Below, in pieces: positions 1 through 15,226 of a stretch of 64,000 nt of DNA. The notes beneath the pieces were generated by a model. That model saw nothing but the letters and a program-made list of their open reading frames with translations. It had not been told where the DNA came from and searched no databases. The stretch spans positions 86,614,001-86,678,000 of the forward strand of contig OZ024746.1 of assembly GCA_964016885.1 (NCBI GenBank). The letters run 5' to 3'. This stretch comes from Eledone cirrhosa (taxonomy: Eukaryota). Numbering within the stretch: position 1 is the first letter of the stretch; every line of letters begins with the position of its first letter. The position numbers and the translations under genes were made by a program.

Positions 1-8
1 ATACATAC

Positions 9-63
<55 letters not shown>

Positions 64-455
64 TTCATACAAATATATATAATATATATGTATATATATA
101 CAGTATATACACACTCATACACACACTCATACACACATACACACACAAACACACACAAACACACACGCACACATATATATATATAACATATATAAAATAT
201 ATATATTTTTTTTATTTTTTAGCCTTTATTTTCGCTAAAGTAATTTCCTTATAGCTGTAACTACATTAAGTGAATGTTGAAAATTGCCGGAGCAATATAT
301 GAGATTAATACAACTTCTCAAATAGAAAAGAAGCGATGTGTTGTTTAATTTTTCACACTGATGCCTCTAGGGAGAATTGATTAACAGAAATTAACAATGA
401 CACCACATTAGCATTGCAATAATGTGTAAGTTTTGGCACACACACACACACACAC

Positions 456-493
<38 letters not shown>

Positions 494-665
494 TCTCTCT
501 CTAGTAATTCTTACCTCTACGCAAGTCTAGATGTCTGTACACACACACACATACATAGGCACGAATCTATCTATATATCTATGTATCTCTATGTATGTAT
601 GTATGTATGTATGTATGTATGTATGTATGTATGTATCTACCTATCTATCTATCTATTTATCCCTA

Positions 666-740
<75 letters not shown>

Positions 741-748
<8 letters not shown>

Positions 749-973
749 ATATTTGGGGAGGGTCATATTGTTATATTATTGCCAGAAATAATAATAGAAC
801 ACACTCACTGTTTGGTTTGGGTTGGTTTTTCGCTTCTGTATCTTTTATAACTCCATAGTTAATTTATCTGGCAGTCAATGTTTATCATTGATTGACCAAC
901 GGTTAAAAATACAGATATAAATATATATATATATAGTCTATCAAAGTTCTTTCGTTGCACATCTGCAACATCA
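741..973 (-). mobile_element. Penelope-type pLTR fragment (family A) with truncated hammerhead core, between (TA)n tracts
   Basis: Starts ATATTGTTATATTTGGGGAGGGTCATATTG, the family terminus also seen at 13053, 54391 and 55473; 942-973 on - reads TGATGTTGCAGATGTGCAACGAAAGAACTTTGA, matching the 54715 hammerhead. Confidence 0.75.
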
Positions 974-999
974 TATATATATGTTCATACATTAATTCA

Positions 1000-3400
1000 G
1001 ATACCCATATACATAGGTCCATTTTGTTTGTTCGAACTTTGAGTAGTGTCTTCCAATGTTCCTGTGAGAAAGATTTATATCAGGTTATATTTTACGTCTC
1101 TCTTCTAGAACAGAGGCTATCTTAAACAATATTATTATTTCCCTGCTCCTGGACGTTGTGCTTCGTTTGAAGATGTTGCTTCAGTGTTATTATCCGGGTC
1201 TCGTAAGTTGTTAATATGGCTATTAAACCTTAGCCACTCTCCTTACTTGAGAAATATAGCCTATTCACATCACCAATGTTTTCAGTAACACTGAGCAGCT
1301 TGCGGGTCCTTATATCCATCTCACTCAATTCTTGCGAAGACAAATTCAATAAGGTAAATGTTGCTATTAGGATGGACACAGCAAAAATTATAGGCAAGGT
1401 ACCTGTTGCATGCTGAGAGTTCTTATGATCAAATTCTCTTCTCAATTCTGAATTATTCATTTATGATCTGCTCCTTATTTATGGGTCCATCATGTCTGAC
1501 ATTCTCATCCTGTCCAGTATTGTCACTTGACTGTAGATGTATCGTCAGGCCATTCATCCTTCAAGTTTTCAGGGAAGGGCATAACCTTTCCACCTTTTAT
1601 TGTCATAAATACACAGTTGGACTCACACAATTTTATATAATATCAGTAGAAAATTGGATAATGAGGTCCAATTGTTTTTTATGTGGTTGACATTTGGCCC
1701 ACACAACTTCAGGTCATCGAGAATGAACAGAGGGGAGATACTTCTGGATCCATTTCTATGGCCACTATGTTTTGTCAGCAGGTATGTTAGTGGGTTTAAA
1801 GAAGGACGAAGAGCAGCACTGACAAGCTATCACCCTGAAAGATGCCTTTTTGTTAGAGAATACTATCAGTTTGCTCCTTATCAACCCCTACGGAACAAAA
1901 TGGTGTACCAAGTCTTGGTCAAACGTTCTTTAACAGCTTACTAGTGGTTTCGAGGATTTAGCTTACTGCAAAGCCTTGATAATCCACTCATGTGGTACAC
2001 TATCAAAAGCCTTATGGTAGTCAAGCTACACTGCAGTCAAGTTCTAGCGATTCTTTACTGTTTTTTTCTTCGATCGTTTGCTAATAAGTAGTTGCTCCAT
2101 ACAGCCAAACACCTCCTTCTTCCCACCAGCTTGCTCATGTGTTATAATGTTATTGGTGGTACAATGATTCTACAAGAACAGACTGAGGCACCCAATAAAT
2201 TTTACGTACATGATGATCTGGCAGGGTATTGGGCGGTAATTGTTAACAAGGGTGATTTGGCTATTTGGGGGGGGGGGGATTAGGAGAGTAGTAGCTGTTG
2301 GTAACTATTGGGACAGTTCTTGTGTGCCCCTGATACTTTCTCCATACAACCATATGTGATCTTGCTGATAAAACATGAAATTCCTCAGCCTGTAACCTGT
2401 TATAAGGTCTGGGCCTGGGAATTTACTTTTCACATTTACTGTAGAGCTGTATCCGGTATTGCGCTGTCCATTTCATATTGTTTTTGTTGGACCCGCTGGC
2501 AGTTGTCCTGCTTCAGTTTTCTTTTAGCCATACAACTTATGTGTTGAATTCCGCATTTCTTTCTGATGCAGATCTCTAGTTGCTTTCAACCTGATCTTTT
2601 GTTGGTGTGTCTTTTACAGAGATTGAGGCTTTTACATTGAAGCTATGATAGACAGACTTGAGATCTCTGGAAAATAATCTATTCAGCATTTGCCGTTTAT
2701 ACCTTAGTTGTTTCAGCTGGTGGAGTTTGTAGATTAGGGTTTAAGATCCTGTATATCCATATCACCTCCCTAGTTTTGTTGATGTCGTGTGAAATTGTTC
2801 ATAACTACAACGATCTGTGAGATACTTCTTCACAGGAACAACATTTTATTTTTTAATTTACGTGTCCATGCTAGTTCAGGCTTTCTGCTTGTATGTCGAT
2901 TGCGTGGCTTCAGCTCTTTGTGATACACTAGCAATGTGATGGATGAGGCATATATCAAACGGTTAATGATTTCGTAGGTTGTTTTCATACTTTTGGATTG
3001 TGCGATCTTCAGATATTTGTTTACTATTTCATTTACTGCCTCCAATTCTAATTTACGGGTTCTTTATTTATACTGGTTTCGCATAGCATTTCATTTGAAT
3101 TAAGGTTGTGAACCTGTTGAAATCTCATACCTGATCACTTGTAAGGTGTCCAGAATCTTTAGGTCTTCTTCTGTTTGGTACAGTAGAGTTATGGATTTCA
3201 GCTAAATTGTTGGTGTGTTGTTTATTGATAGATTTAGCTGGCTGTTCTGTTTGTCCATCAGTATAAGTGGGATGATTATCTTCAATAGCTTGCTTTGTAA
3301 TGCTACCCTGATTTGAATTAGACAGTTCGGTTAAATGTATCAATTTACATCTAATGATAAATTTCGCTTGTTCATTTAAATATTCTTGAGAAAAGTCTCT
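1000..3400 (-). pseudogene. Heavily decayed RLE-type (R4/Dong-like) non-LTR retrotransposon, RT region
   Basis: Minus-strand remnants QELSEMDIRTRKLL...DVNRLY (ORF 1230-1460) match EMDRKTRKLL...DVDRLY of the R4/Dong copies; NYRPI motif near 2225-2245; many stops; boundaries approximate. Confidence 0.65.
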
Positions 3401-3429
3401 CCATCTATTTAACTAATATATCTAATAAA

Positions 3430-4190
3430 ATCGGCCCTCGGATTCCGAGTCTACACAAATGTCGCTGCGATTCCACCGTAGACTCTTTCGGTTTTCACCC
3501 ACGGTCCTGCCGTTCAGTACCGACCGCCTTCCACACCATGCTGCTCTCAACGAGGTTATAAAGGATGGGGATGCTGCAGGCTTCCTCTCCGAGCTCGAGC
3601 CAGCGGGGCTGGAGCAAGGGAATGGCAAAAGGTCAGCCGGCATGACCATCTTCCCATTCCGCGGTGGTAAACCCTTCATCTGGGATGCCATATGCAGCGA
3701 CAAATTCTCCAGCGGCAACCTAGTGCAGTCTGCGACTAACCCAGGTTCTGCTGCACTTCGGGCCGATGAGAGTAAACTCTCCAAATATTGCTCACTCTTC
3801 GACCGGCTTGCGGTCGACCCCTTGGCAGTGGCGACTTGTGGGGTCCTTGGCTCACCACCATCGGCACAGAGTTGGCTACCTGCAAGTGTCAGCCTCGCAA
3901 GCTTGAATGGATCTTTCAGCGCGTGTCCCTCACCATCCTCCGGGAAAACGCCTTCTCTATTCTGTCTAGATAATCTTAGAACGGTGGACTTCTATAATTC
4001 CTCACCACGACCCCCTTCCTCAGTCATCAGATAGATGTATGTGTATTAGATACCCTTTCCTTCCCCAGTCGACGTAATCACTCCTTCGTTCCAGCGCGTC
4101 TCCCTCACCATCCTCCGAGGAAACGCCTTTCTCTATTCTGTCCGCCGGAGCCGCGTGGCGTCCAACGCGTGGGCCCCCATTTGCTCATAA
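3430..4190 (+). mobile_element. CRE-clade non-LTR retrotransposon 3' fragment (restriction-like endonuclease), frameshifted, with partial 3' duplication
   Basis: GC-rich; HAALNEVIK...EPAGL...GKRSAGMTIFPFRGGKPFIWDAICSD...KLSKY...WIFQRVSLTILRENA; 3916-3964 repeated at 4092-4141. Confidence 0.7.
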
Positions 4191-4376
4191 TAATTGTTTC
4201 TACTTTTTGCACAAGGCCAGTAATTATATCAGTGCATTACTGGTACTTTATTTTATCGACCCCGTAAGGATGAAAGGCAAAGTTAACCTCGGCCGGATTT
4301 GAACTCAGAATGGCAATGGCCGTAACTCTATGCGTCAAAGCATGGTGTCCGACCCTCTACCGATACTGCCAATCCA
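4191..4376 (-). mobile_element. tRNA-derived SINE (family S)
   Basis: A box TGGCAGTATCGG, B box GAGTTCAAATCC, core CTTTGCCTTTCATCCTTACGGGGTCGATAAAATAAAGTACCAG, tail GGCCTTGTGC..AGAAACAATTATT. Confidence 0.9.
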
Positions 4377-4393
4377 AGGCCCTTTGCTCATAA

Positions 4394-4568
4394 TAATTGT
4401 TTCTACTTTTGGCACAAGGCTAACAATTAACCAGTACATTACTGGTACTTTATTTTATCGACCCCGTAAGGATGAAAGGCAAAGTTAACCTCGGCGGGAT
4501 TTGAACTCAGATCGTAAAGGGACGTAACTACGCTGGAAAGCATGTCTGACCCTCTACCAATACTGCCG
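4394..4568 (-). mobile_element. tRNA-derived SINE (family S)
   Basis: Same consensus as 4191-4376; tandem partner. Confidence 0.9.
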
Positions 4569-5005
4569 ATGCTCATAATAATGAAAGTTGGGAAGAGCAG
4601 GAGAGCCGGAGGCACGGACAGTGGGAATTTGGTTCTTTTGTGTTCGTACCTGGTGTATATGTATATGGACACACAGTTATGTATAGTTAAAAACTAATAC
4701 AGGAAGTTCATAAGTATGTTTGTTTATAGAGAGTAAGCTTTGATAACATTTGTACATATATGTTCTATATTTCTAGATATGCAGGAAACTTATAAATATT
4801 ACCATCTATGGAGAATATGCTTCGCCGAGGAGGTTTAATAAAATTAGAATATTTTCATGGCATTCACCAAATAGCTTTACAGTCAATATGTACAATCATT
4901 TATATTGTCTCTTTTCATAGAAACTCAGTTAGCTGAACTTACTAAACTTATTTCCTCATCATGTTTTTTATTTAGCTTTGAAAGACACCACAGGAATTTA
5001 TAATA

Positions 5006-5091
<86 letters not shown>

Positions 5092-5258
5092 CACACACAT
5101 ACATATATATATATATACACACACACATATATATATATATATATGTATATGTTTGTATGCATATATGTATGTATATATATATATATTTATCTGTGTGCGT
5201 GAATATTTCTATTTATTAGATGTCTGCTAAGAAAAGCCATTTATATAAACATACATAT

Positions 5259-5437
<179 letters not shown>

Positions 5438-5444
5438 TATATAC

Positions 5445-5571
<127 letters not shown>

Positions 5572-5828
5572 TATATATGTGTGTGAGTATGTGCATGTGG
5601 GTGTTTGTGAGCATGTGTACAACCAAGTATACATTTATATTATGTCTATGTTAAGTTGTCTTTGTCAGGCAATTTAAAATAAGGAAATGAGTAATTGAAC
5701 ATCATGTGATAGGTGATTGAAAAAAAAGTCTCTTTCCAAATTCACGCATTTCCATTATGTAATTCACTGGTATAATTCTGGCGCACCTTGGAATATCTCC
5801 CTCTCTCTCTCTCCCTCTCTTTCTCTTT

Positions 5829-5892
<64 letters not shown>

Positions 5893-6023
5893 ATATATAA
5901 TATATATATATACTATAATATATATATTATATTATATTATATTGTGTTTATATATATATATATACTATAATATATATATTATATTATATTATATTGTGTT
6001 TATATATATATATATATATAAAC

Positions 6024-6062
<39 letters not shown>

Positions 6063-6166
6063 AGTGGAAGTTTAGTAAAATCGAAGTAATGGCGGTGGCC
6101 AAGCCAACGAGATACAATTAGGTTTGCATATATATATATATATATAAAATATATTATATAAATATG

Positions 6167-6254
<88 letters not shown>

Positions 6255-6449
6255 GTATATATAAATATAACTGTCTTTATACCTATATGCATATATAATC
6301 CGTATTTACATACGTACACACGTGTATATTTATATGTATGTGTGCATTTATGTATGTATACACATTATGTATGTACATACACAGATATATATGTATGTGT
6401 GCATTTATGTATGAATATATGTAGATGATGTTTTACTCGGTTGTGTTTC

Positions 6450-6529
6450 TATACTCATTCCTTGATACTTACTAACACTAATGTGTGTGTAGTATGTGTG
6501 TATATATGTGTACGTATGTATGTACATGT

Positions 6530-6573
<44 letters not shown>

Positions 6574-7068
6574 GTGTGTCAAGGAATGAGTATAGAAACA
6601 TGGTATAATAATTTGATAGGAATCTAATAATGTTATACGAACTTAAGACTCCGAGATGTAAATATAAAAAGAAGCAGGAACGAAGGTAAAATTAAAGGGC
6701 TAGATATTACTGGTGAAGTGTGTGAGGTATCTATCATCTTAAAACTCTAGAGCGCATATATATATATATATATATATAAGCTCATTCACATATACATGCA
6801 CCCAAACACATACATATTACATATACATTACAAACACGCTTATATACATACGTATGCATAGTGAGCGTGTAGATATGTGTGTGTTGAATATAACTATTTC
6901 CAACTAAATGTTTTTACTCTAGAGTTTTAAGATAATAGATACCTCACACACTTAACCAGAATTATATACGCCTTTAATTTTACCTTCGTTTATGCTTCTT
7001 TTTCTACTTATATCTCGGAGTCTTAAGTTCGTATAATATTATTAGATTCCTATCAAATTATTATACCA
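6450..7068. repeat. Two adjacent inverted repeats: 6450-6474/6578-6600 and ~6601-6752/6917-7068
   Basis: TGGTATAATAATTTGATAGGAATCTAATAA...AAAACTCTAGAG has a diverged reverse complement at 6917-7068; microsatellite-rich spacers. Confidence 0.8.
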
Positions 7069-7289
7069 CTGAAGTTATTTATGTATTTAAACTTAAAGAT
7101 GCTGCAACAATAAAGAGCAAAAGTAAAACATAACCTGGGAAATCTCAGAGAAAATTGACTATTTGTTTAGAAAGATATCTATACCATAAAATAACTAGTT
7201 GTGAATATACGACGTTTAAAGATGGTGGACCGAAAATGGCATATGGGTGGTATTTATATATATACTGTTTGATTTTCTCTAACTTGTTG

Positions 7290-7680
7290 TTGTCAGTAGC
7301 GTCAGACGCCATGCTTTGCGGCATAGAATTATGGCTCTTTACTTTCTGAGTTCAAATCCCTCCGAGGTTAACTTTGCCTTTCATCCTTATGAGTCGATAA
7401 AATAAAGTATCAGTAATACACTGGGGTAATTCCTGGCCTTGTACCAAAAGTAGAAACAATTATTATTAGAATTTTAAATGCGGTGGATTGGCAGTATCGG
7501 TAGAGGGTCGGACGCCATACGTGGCAGCATAGTGTTATGGCCCTTTATGTTCTGAGTTCAAATACCGCCAAGGTTAACTTTGCCTTTCATCCTTACGAAG
7601 TCGATAAAATAAAGTACCAGTCACGCACTGGTGTCGATTTAATCGACTTTCCCTTCTCCCAAAATTAGAAACAATTATTA
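7290..7680 (+). mobile_element. Two tandem family-S SINEs (~7290-7465, ~7479-7680)
   Basis: Both carry the B box, core and AGAAACAATTATT tail. Confidence 0.85.
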
Positions 7681-7790
7681 AGTAGAAACAATTATTATTT
7701 GACTTTTAAGGTGGAATATTGGCAGTATCAGTAGAACGCCGTTTATATTCTCCCGCTAAGATGAACTTTGTATTTGGTTCTTGAAAGGTA

Positions 7791-8297
7791 GATAAAATGA
7801 AGTACCAGTGAAGATAAAATGAAGTACTAGCCAAGATAAAAAGAAGTGCTAGTGAAGATAAAATGAAGTGCCGATCAAGATGAAATGGAGTACCGGTCAA
7901 GATAAAATGAAGTACCAGTCAAGATGAAATAAAGTATCAGCCAAGATAAAATGAAATACCGGCCAAGATAAAATGAAGTACCTACCAGCCAAGATAAAAT
8001 GAAGTACCCGTGAATATAAAATGAAGTACCAGTGACGATAAAATGAAGTACCAGTCAATATAAAATAAAGTACCAGTCAATATAAAATGAAGTACCAGTC
8101 AAGATGAAATGAAGTATCAGCCAAGAGAAAATGATGTACATGTGGAGATGAAATGAAGTACCAGTCAAGATGAAATGAAGTACCAGTCAAGAATTTGGAG
8201 CAGGAAAAAATCGAGCAAACTGGTTCAAATTCTTGACTGGTACTTCATTTCATCTTGGCTGGTACTTCATTTCATCTTCACTGGTACTCCATTTTAT
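7791..8297. repeat. 21-bp minisatellite (AAGATAAAATGAAGTACCAGT, ~19 copies) plus ~3 inverted copies at 8229-8297
   Basis: Direct periodicity; unit matches SINE core GATAAAATAAAGTACCAGT; preceded by a degenerate SINE head at 7706-7790. Confidence 0.9.
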
Positions 8298-8534
8298 ATG
8301 TATATGTTCTTCTGGTTTTATGATTTCAAACATTTTTACCAATAGAGAGAGAGAGTCGGTTTCTAACATAGATACAAGACTCTCATTGGAATTTACACAA
8401 CATCAACTAGGTAGATATGTATGCATGTTTGTGTAGATATGGATGTTATTGTATGTGTGGATGTGTATGTTTTGAGTTGTATGTGTGCATGTGTATATGC
8501 TTTGTATCTGTACATGTGTACATAGAGTTATTAG

Positions 8535-10292
<1,758 letters not shown>

Positions 10293-10539
10293 ATGTATGT
10301 ATGTATGTATGTATGTATGTATGTATGTATGTATGTATGTATGTATGTATGTATGTATGTATGTTTGTATGTATGTATATGTATGCATGTATGTATATGC
10401 ATGTATGTATTTATGTATGCATGTATGAATGTATGTATGCATATATGTATGCAGGCATGTATGTATATATGTATGTATGTACCTATGTATGTATGTGTAT
10501 ATATGCATGCATGTACGTATATATGTTTATGTATGTATG

Positions 10540-10574
<35 letters not shown>

Positions 10575-10592
10575 ACACAGCCCGCCCTTTTA

Positions 10593-10638
<46 letters not shown>

Positions 10639-10792
10639 ATACATTAACAGAGAAAGCTTTAAGAAATACTCCGACCGGCTTCCGTCTCACTCAACAAACA
10701 TTAAGATATACCTTAGTATGATCCCAATTATACGTTTGGGGTGCTATCTAATGCGTATTCTTTTATATGAGACAATTAAATACATCTCTCTT

Positions 10793-10914
10793 TCCAAACG
10801 ATCGTTTCATTATAAGTTTTCTACAAATTGGGAAAATAATGTCCAGGTTATGTAGAAGCCTACGCATAGTCCATAGGAATATATGTAGGTGGGCACTTAT
10901 ATATCATCAGTGGA
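10793..10914 (-). ncRNA. Type I hammerhead ribozyme motif with long stem II insert
   Basis: On -: TCCA-CTGATGA-TA-TATAAGT...ACTTATA-AT-GAA-ACGATCGT-T-TGGA; stem I TCCA/TGGA, palindromic stem III, GUU site. Confidence 0.75.
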
Positions 10915-10944
10915 TGCCCGACAATATCGATATAAAAAAAACCC

Positions 10945-10988
<44 letters not shown>

Positions 10989-11099
10989 GGAAAAATTTGA
11001 ACAGGAACAAAACAGAGAGGCAGTACAACGAATGTTTATTAATTTCACGCTCTATATATATATGTAAGTAAGTATTCCACTCTTCCTGAATATTCAATT

Positions 11100-11355
11100 G
11101 AATTGCACGCTATCATATATAAATAGAAAATAAATGGAAACAGTATCCAACACAATGCAGTAAAAATTTCTTAATATTCTCCAGCTCCCCTCCTCTCCAA
11201 CTTCCATCCTCTACATATAATCACCAGCTCGACAACACAACAAAATCATGGCAATCAGTAACGAAATATACGTGACGGTTTTAATGTTTTAACAATAGAT
11301 CTTTTAAAAATAACTTTTTTTCTTGTGTAAATTCAACGAAACATTTAGATAAAGA
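11100..11355 (+). repeat. Dispersed non-coding duplicate of ~18797-19075
   Basis: Shared blocks such as TAACGAAATATACGTGAC(G/A)GTTTTAATGTTTTAACAATA and AAAAATAACT..TTTTCTT. Confidence 0.75.
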
Positions 11356-11371
11356 CATATTTGTAGTTTTA

Positions 11372-11447
<76 letters not shown>

Positions 11448-11712
11448 CATCTATCTATCTATCTATCTATCTACCTATCTGTCTATCTATCAAATAAATA
11501 AATTAAAAAGATAAATAAAGATATCTTTCTATATGTCCATCTATCCCCCCTCTCTCTCCCCCCCTCTCTCTCTCTCTCTATATATATATATTTATATATA
11601 TATACATACATAAATACATACATACATACACACACATTTTTATATACAAACACTCGCATGCTCATTAATATATACAAGCATAACCATCCATACATTCAAG
11701 CATATACATAAA

Positions 11713-11785
11713 GGCCGTTTAGCTAAATGGTTAGAGCATTCAGCCGGTATCTGAAAGATATGAAGTTCGATTCTTCATAGCGCTA
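11713..11785 (+). pseudogene. tRNA pseudogene or tRNA-like element (anticodon GGT)
   Basis: D arm TAGCTAAATGGTTAGAGC, anticodon stem TTCAG/CTGAA, T arm TGAAG-TTCGATT-CTTCA, downstream T6; acceptor stem poorly paired and loop CCGGTAT non-canonical. Confidence 0.55.
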
Positions 11786-11890
11786 GCTTCTCATATTTTT
11801 CCCGTCTATAAGAGGTTTTTATCAGATTTTTTAAACTAGTTTTAGCAACCAATTGTATTTACAGTTATTTTTCTGCGTGGGAGTTATACA

Positions 11891-11922
<32 letters not shown>

Positions 11923-12115
11923 TACACACGCACACACATATATGAACCTAATATAACTGTAATTTTGCTTCCTGTGGTTTGTTTTGTAATGCCATTTATT
12001 AAATGTTTATATATATATGTATATATATATATGTGTGTGTGTGTGTGAGTCCCGGGTTCAATCGGAGGTAACCACAGTGAGTAAGGTACTCAATACATAG
12101 TAGAGTGTATACAAG

Positions 12116-12243
12116 TTTTATTATAGAAATGGCTTCTACAGAACTAGAACTGTTGCATTCGAAGGAAATCATCAGAAAAGCCCTGATGATTTCATTAGAA
12201 TGAATCAGGTCTCGTCCTGTAGGAGCCATTTCTATATTAAAAA
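12116..12243. repeat. Short diverged fold-back with two back-to-back degenerate hammerhead cores
   Basis: Arms 12116-12175/12183-12243; right arm CTGATGA-T-TTC-ATTA-GAA-T-GAATCAGGTC. Confidence 0.6.
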
Positions 12244-12262
12244 TTCTCTCTGTATACATACA

Positions 12263-12356
<94 letters not shown>

Positions 12357-12545
12357 CTTATATATACTCGGTGTTTCAAAAATTTTGATATCATTTCGCA
12401 ATCTAATAACTTTGCCAGTTCCCGCTCATACATATATATATATGGATGCGTGTATGTATTTATTTAATTTCAATTACCTCTGTATTTTATTTACTTTATT
12501 CTTACCTCTGAAGCCGAGAATCATTCGGTTTCCTAGTTAGAATTT

Positions 12546-12975
12546 TAGTCTACGACTTCAGTTATACCATTTACGTGGTTTTGTCTTTGCGGGCAATTGT
12601 TCTCCCCGCACCACATATGACGTATTATCTTCGCCTTTTCCGTTCATTGCCAGAGAACGTCTCTATGAATGAACCACCTAATAGATTATTAGTCTACGAC
12701 TTCTTTTATACCATAAACGTGGTTTTGTCTTTGCGTGTAATTGTTTTTCACTGCTCCAAATAATGACGAATTATATTCGTTTTTTCCCGTTCTTTGCCAG
12801 GGAACGTTTCCACGAACCAAAGTATCGTCTTCCTGTCTTCCCCCGGTTGCAACGGTTTTTGAAATATTTACTTCTGCGTTCACGGATTGACTTTGTTAGT
12901 TTCAGAAGATCCCGTTAAGGGTAAAAGCAGCGATTCTTTGCTTAAACTTTAATCTGTTATTATAATAAATAAATA
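12546..12975 (+). repeat. Diverged ~125-bp tandem duplicate (12546-12670/12689-12812) followed by a pLTR-like end with a degenerate hammerhead (~12903-12935)
   Basis: TTAGTCTACGACTTC..TATACCAT..ACGTGGTTTTGTCTTTGCG occurs twice; CAGAAGA-T-CCC-GTTAA-GGG-T-AAAA. Confidence 0.6.
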
Positions 12976-13216
12976 TATATATATATATATATATATTTCG
13001 TTTCTGAATTTGTTTAGCAAGATTCTTTATTTGAAAACGTGTGTTGAAATCGATATTGTTATGCTTTGGGAGGGTCATGTTGCCAATAAGAAACACACGC
13101 ACCAGTTGCTTTCACTCCAATTTATTATAAGTTAAATTTATAAATTTAAGAATTTATAAATTTATAAATTTCCCGTTGGTTGGTTGGTTCCACAACCGGA
13201 CGGTTGTTCAGATATT

Positions 13217-13259
13217 GTCAAAGTTCTTTCGTCACACATTCTCTGACCTCTTCAGTGAC
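13217..13259 (-). ncRNA. Hammerhead ribozyme motif in the 3' pLTR
   Basis: Exact reverse complement of 15184-15226. Confidence 0.75.
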
Positions 13260-13431
13260 TGGGGATTCTTTTCTTTGTTTTTGTGCCTCTCCTTTGTTCG
13301 GTCCTACGCCATCTTGTTTTTGTGTGTGTTGTGTGTTTAGTTTGCGCATGTGTTACATCTGGGTGTCTGTGTGTGTTTATATTTGTTTATTTACACGTTA
13401 CTGGTTGGCTGATTGTTCTATGTGTGTGTTT

Positions 13432-14843
13432 TCATTTTGTCCTTAATTGTAAGTTGTGATGTTCATGCTTTCTATTTAATTTTGGTTGGAGTTCATTTAT
13501 GTTTATTGCCTCTGCGATTTGTCTAAACATTGCGTCTTTTCTGTGTGTAGATTCTATTTTTATTTCTATGTTCTCTAATTTACCCTTATGTTTTATTTTA
13601 GCATGTTGGTGGAGTACAGATGATTCTTTTCTATCTTGAAGCTCTCGCCAGTGTTCATTTATCCGTTCTCCTATACTACGAGCTGTCTCACCTATGTACA
13701 CTCTATTCTTATCTCTACATTGTCCTTCAGTACATCTTATGCTATATACTACATTTCAAGTTTTACAGTTAATATGGGGGCTTAGTTTACAGATTATACA
13801 TTTCCTATCTATACAGGTAGGTCTTGAAAAGGGTATGTATTGATAATAAGTGTTTTTATGGAGGTACCTGGTCTTTCTAATATCTTAATATTGAGTTTAT
13901 GTTTATCTAGGGCCCTTCTAAATTTGTAAGCTAATTCACCTCTAGGGGTTGTATTGATGAACATTACACTCTGGTATTTATTGCTATCATACCATGAGTT
14001 TATTCTATTAATCTTATTCCTAGTTCTTTCTATCCTATTCCAAAATTTGCTCCTATACAAGGGGCAGGTCCCATTTGTATCATTATTTACCATTTTTTCA
14101 CATTTGGTTCTGGCTCCTCTATATACTTTGATTTTATCTCTCTGATTGTAACTAGAGAACTGCATACGGTGGATGAAGTGTTGTATGTGTCTCTCTAGTT
14201 CTTTGGGGTTGCACATGTGGGACACGTTTCTCAGCACGCGTACCAAATCTGCAATCAGTATGTTGATTTTGGTATGGTCCGAAACAGCCGAGTTTCGGTG
14301 GATCAGATATTCGGAAGTCATGGGTTTGGCATAATGGGAATGGAGGATTTGTTTTTTGTTATTATTTCTAACCAGAGCTCTGTGTCTAGTACAGGTAATC
14401 GATGGTTGGGGTTTTTGCTTGGGTAGTCTATAGTAACTCTAAAACTCTGGTGGATAGAGTTAGCTATTTGCTGGATGCTTTCCATGGTGTTTTTCTCTAA
14501 TTCCTGACTTTTCTCTAGTGGGGTGTTTTTACTACGATGTTTATATTATCAACGTAGCGGGAGTACATTATCAGGGTTAAGAGGTTGCTGTCTTCTAATT
14601 GTTCTTTAAGTTTAAGTTTAAGTCTATTGTCCCACCATACCATGAATAGGTTAGCTATGTCACCTGCAATGCTAACACTAATGGCTGCTCCGTCCTCTTG
14701 GGCATATGTTTTTCCATTAAATTTGAACATATGTTCCTTAAGGGTTAATTCTATACTGGCTCCCACCGCATGTGCAATCATTTTCTTTAGTTCATCGTGG
14801 TTTTCCGGTGTCCGTATGGCTCTGGTCCACACGTTCCATCTAT
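13432..14843 (-). pseudogene. Penelope-like RT-thumb-linker-GIY-YIG polyprotein, disrupted
   Basis: FKFNGKTYAQEDGAAISVSIAGDIANLFM...YSRYVDNI (RT); linker CIDRKCIIC..C; NVVYSIRCTEGQC...VYIGETARS...EH..HQH...RQIAEAINI..QPKLNRK (GIY-YIG). Confidence 0.9.
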
Positions 14844-15183
14844 CTACACACAGAAAATAGAATCTACACACAGAAAAGACGCAATGTTTAGACAAATCAC
14901 AGAGGCAATAAACATAAATGAACTCCAACCAAAATTAAATAGAAAACATGAATGGAATAGCAACATCACAACTTACAATTAAGGACAAAATGAAAACACA
15001 TACACACACATAGAACAATCAACCAACCAGTAACATGTAAATAAACAAATAAATAAACAAATATAAACACCCACAGACACCCGGATGTAACACATGCGCA
15101 AACTAAGCACACAACACACACAAAAATAAGATGGCGTAGGACAGAACAAAGGAGAGGCACAAAAACAAAGAAAAGAATCCCCA

Positions 15184-15226
15184 GTCACTGAAGAGGTCAG
15201 AGAATGTGTGACGAAAGAACTTTGAC
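15184..15226 (+). ncRNA. Hammerhead ribozyme motif in the inverted pLTR
   Basis: GTCA-CTGAAGA-G-GTCA-GAGAATGTG-TGAC-GAA-AGAACT-T-TGAC; stems I and II pair; minimal stem III. Confidence 0.75.

Noticed and set aside
7791-8192. CRISPR-like regular repeat
   Set aside because: Contiguous units without spacers, SINE-derived, eukaryotic context
13756-13758. In-frame TGA near the GIY-YIG zinc motifs as possible selenocysteine, as in some Naiad elements
   Set aside because: It lies in CKT*NVVY, not at a Cys position; all motif cysteines are TGT; simplest explanation is CGA>TGA decay; no SECIS recognised
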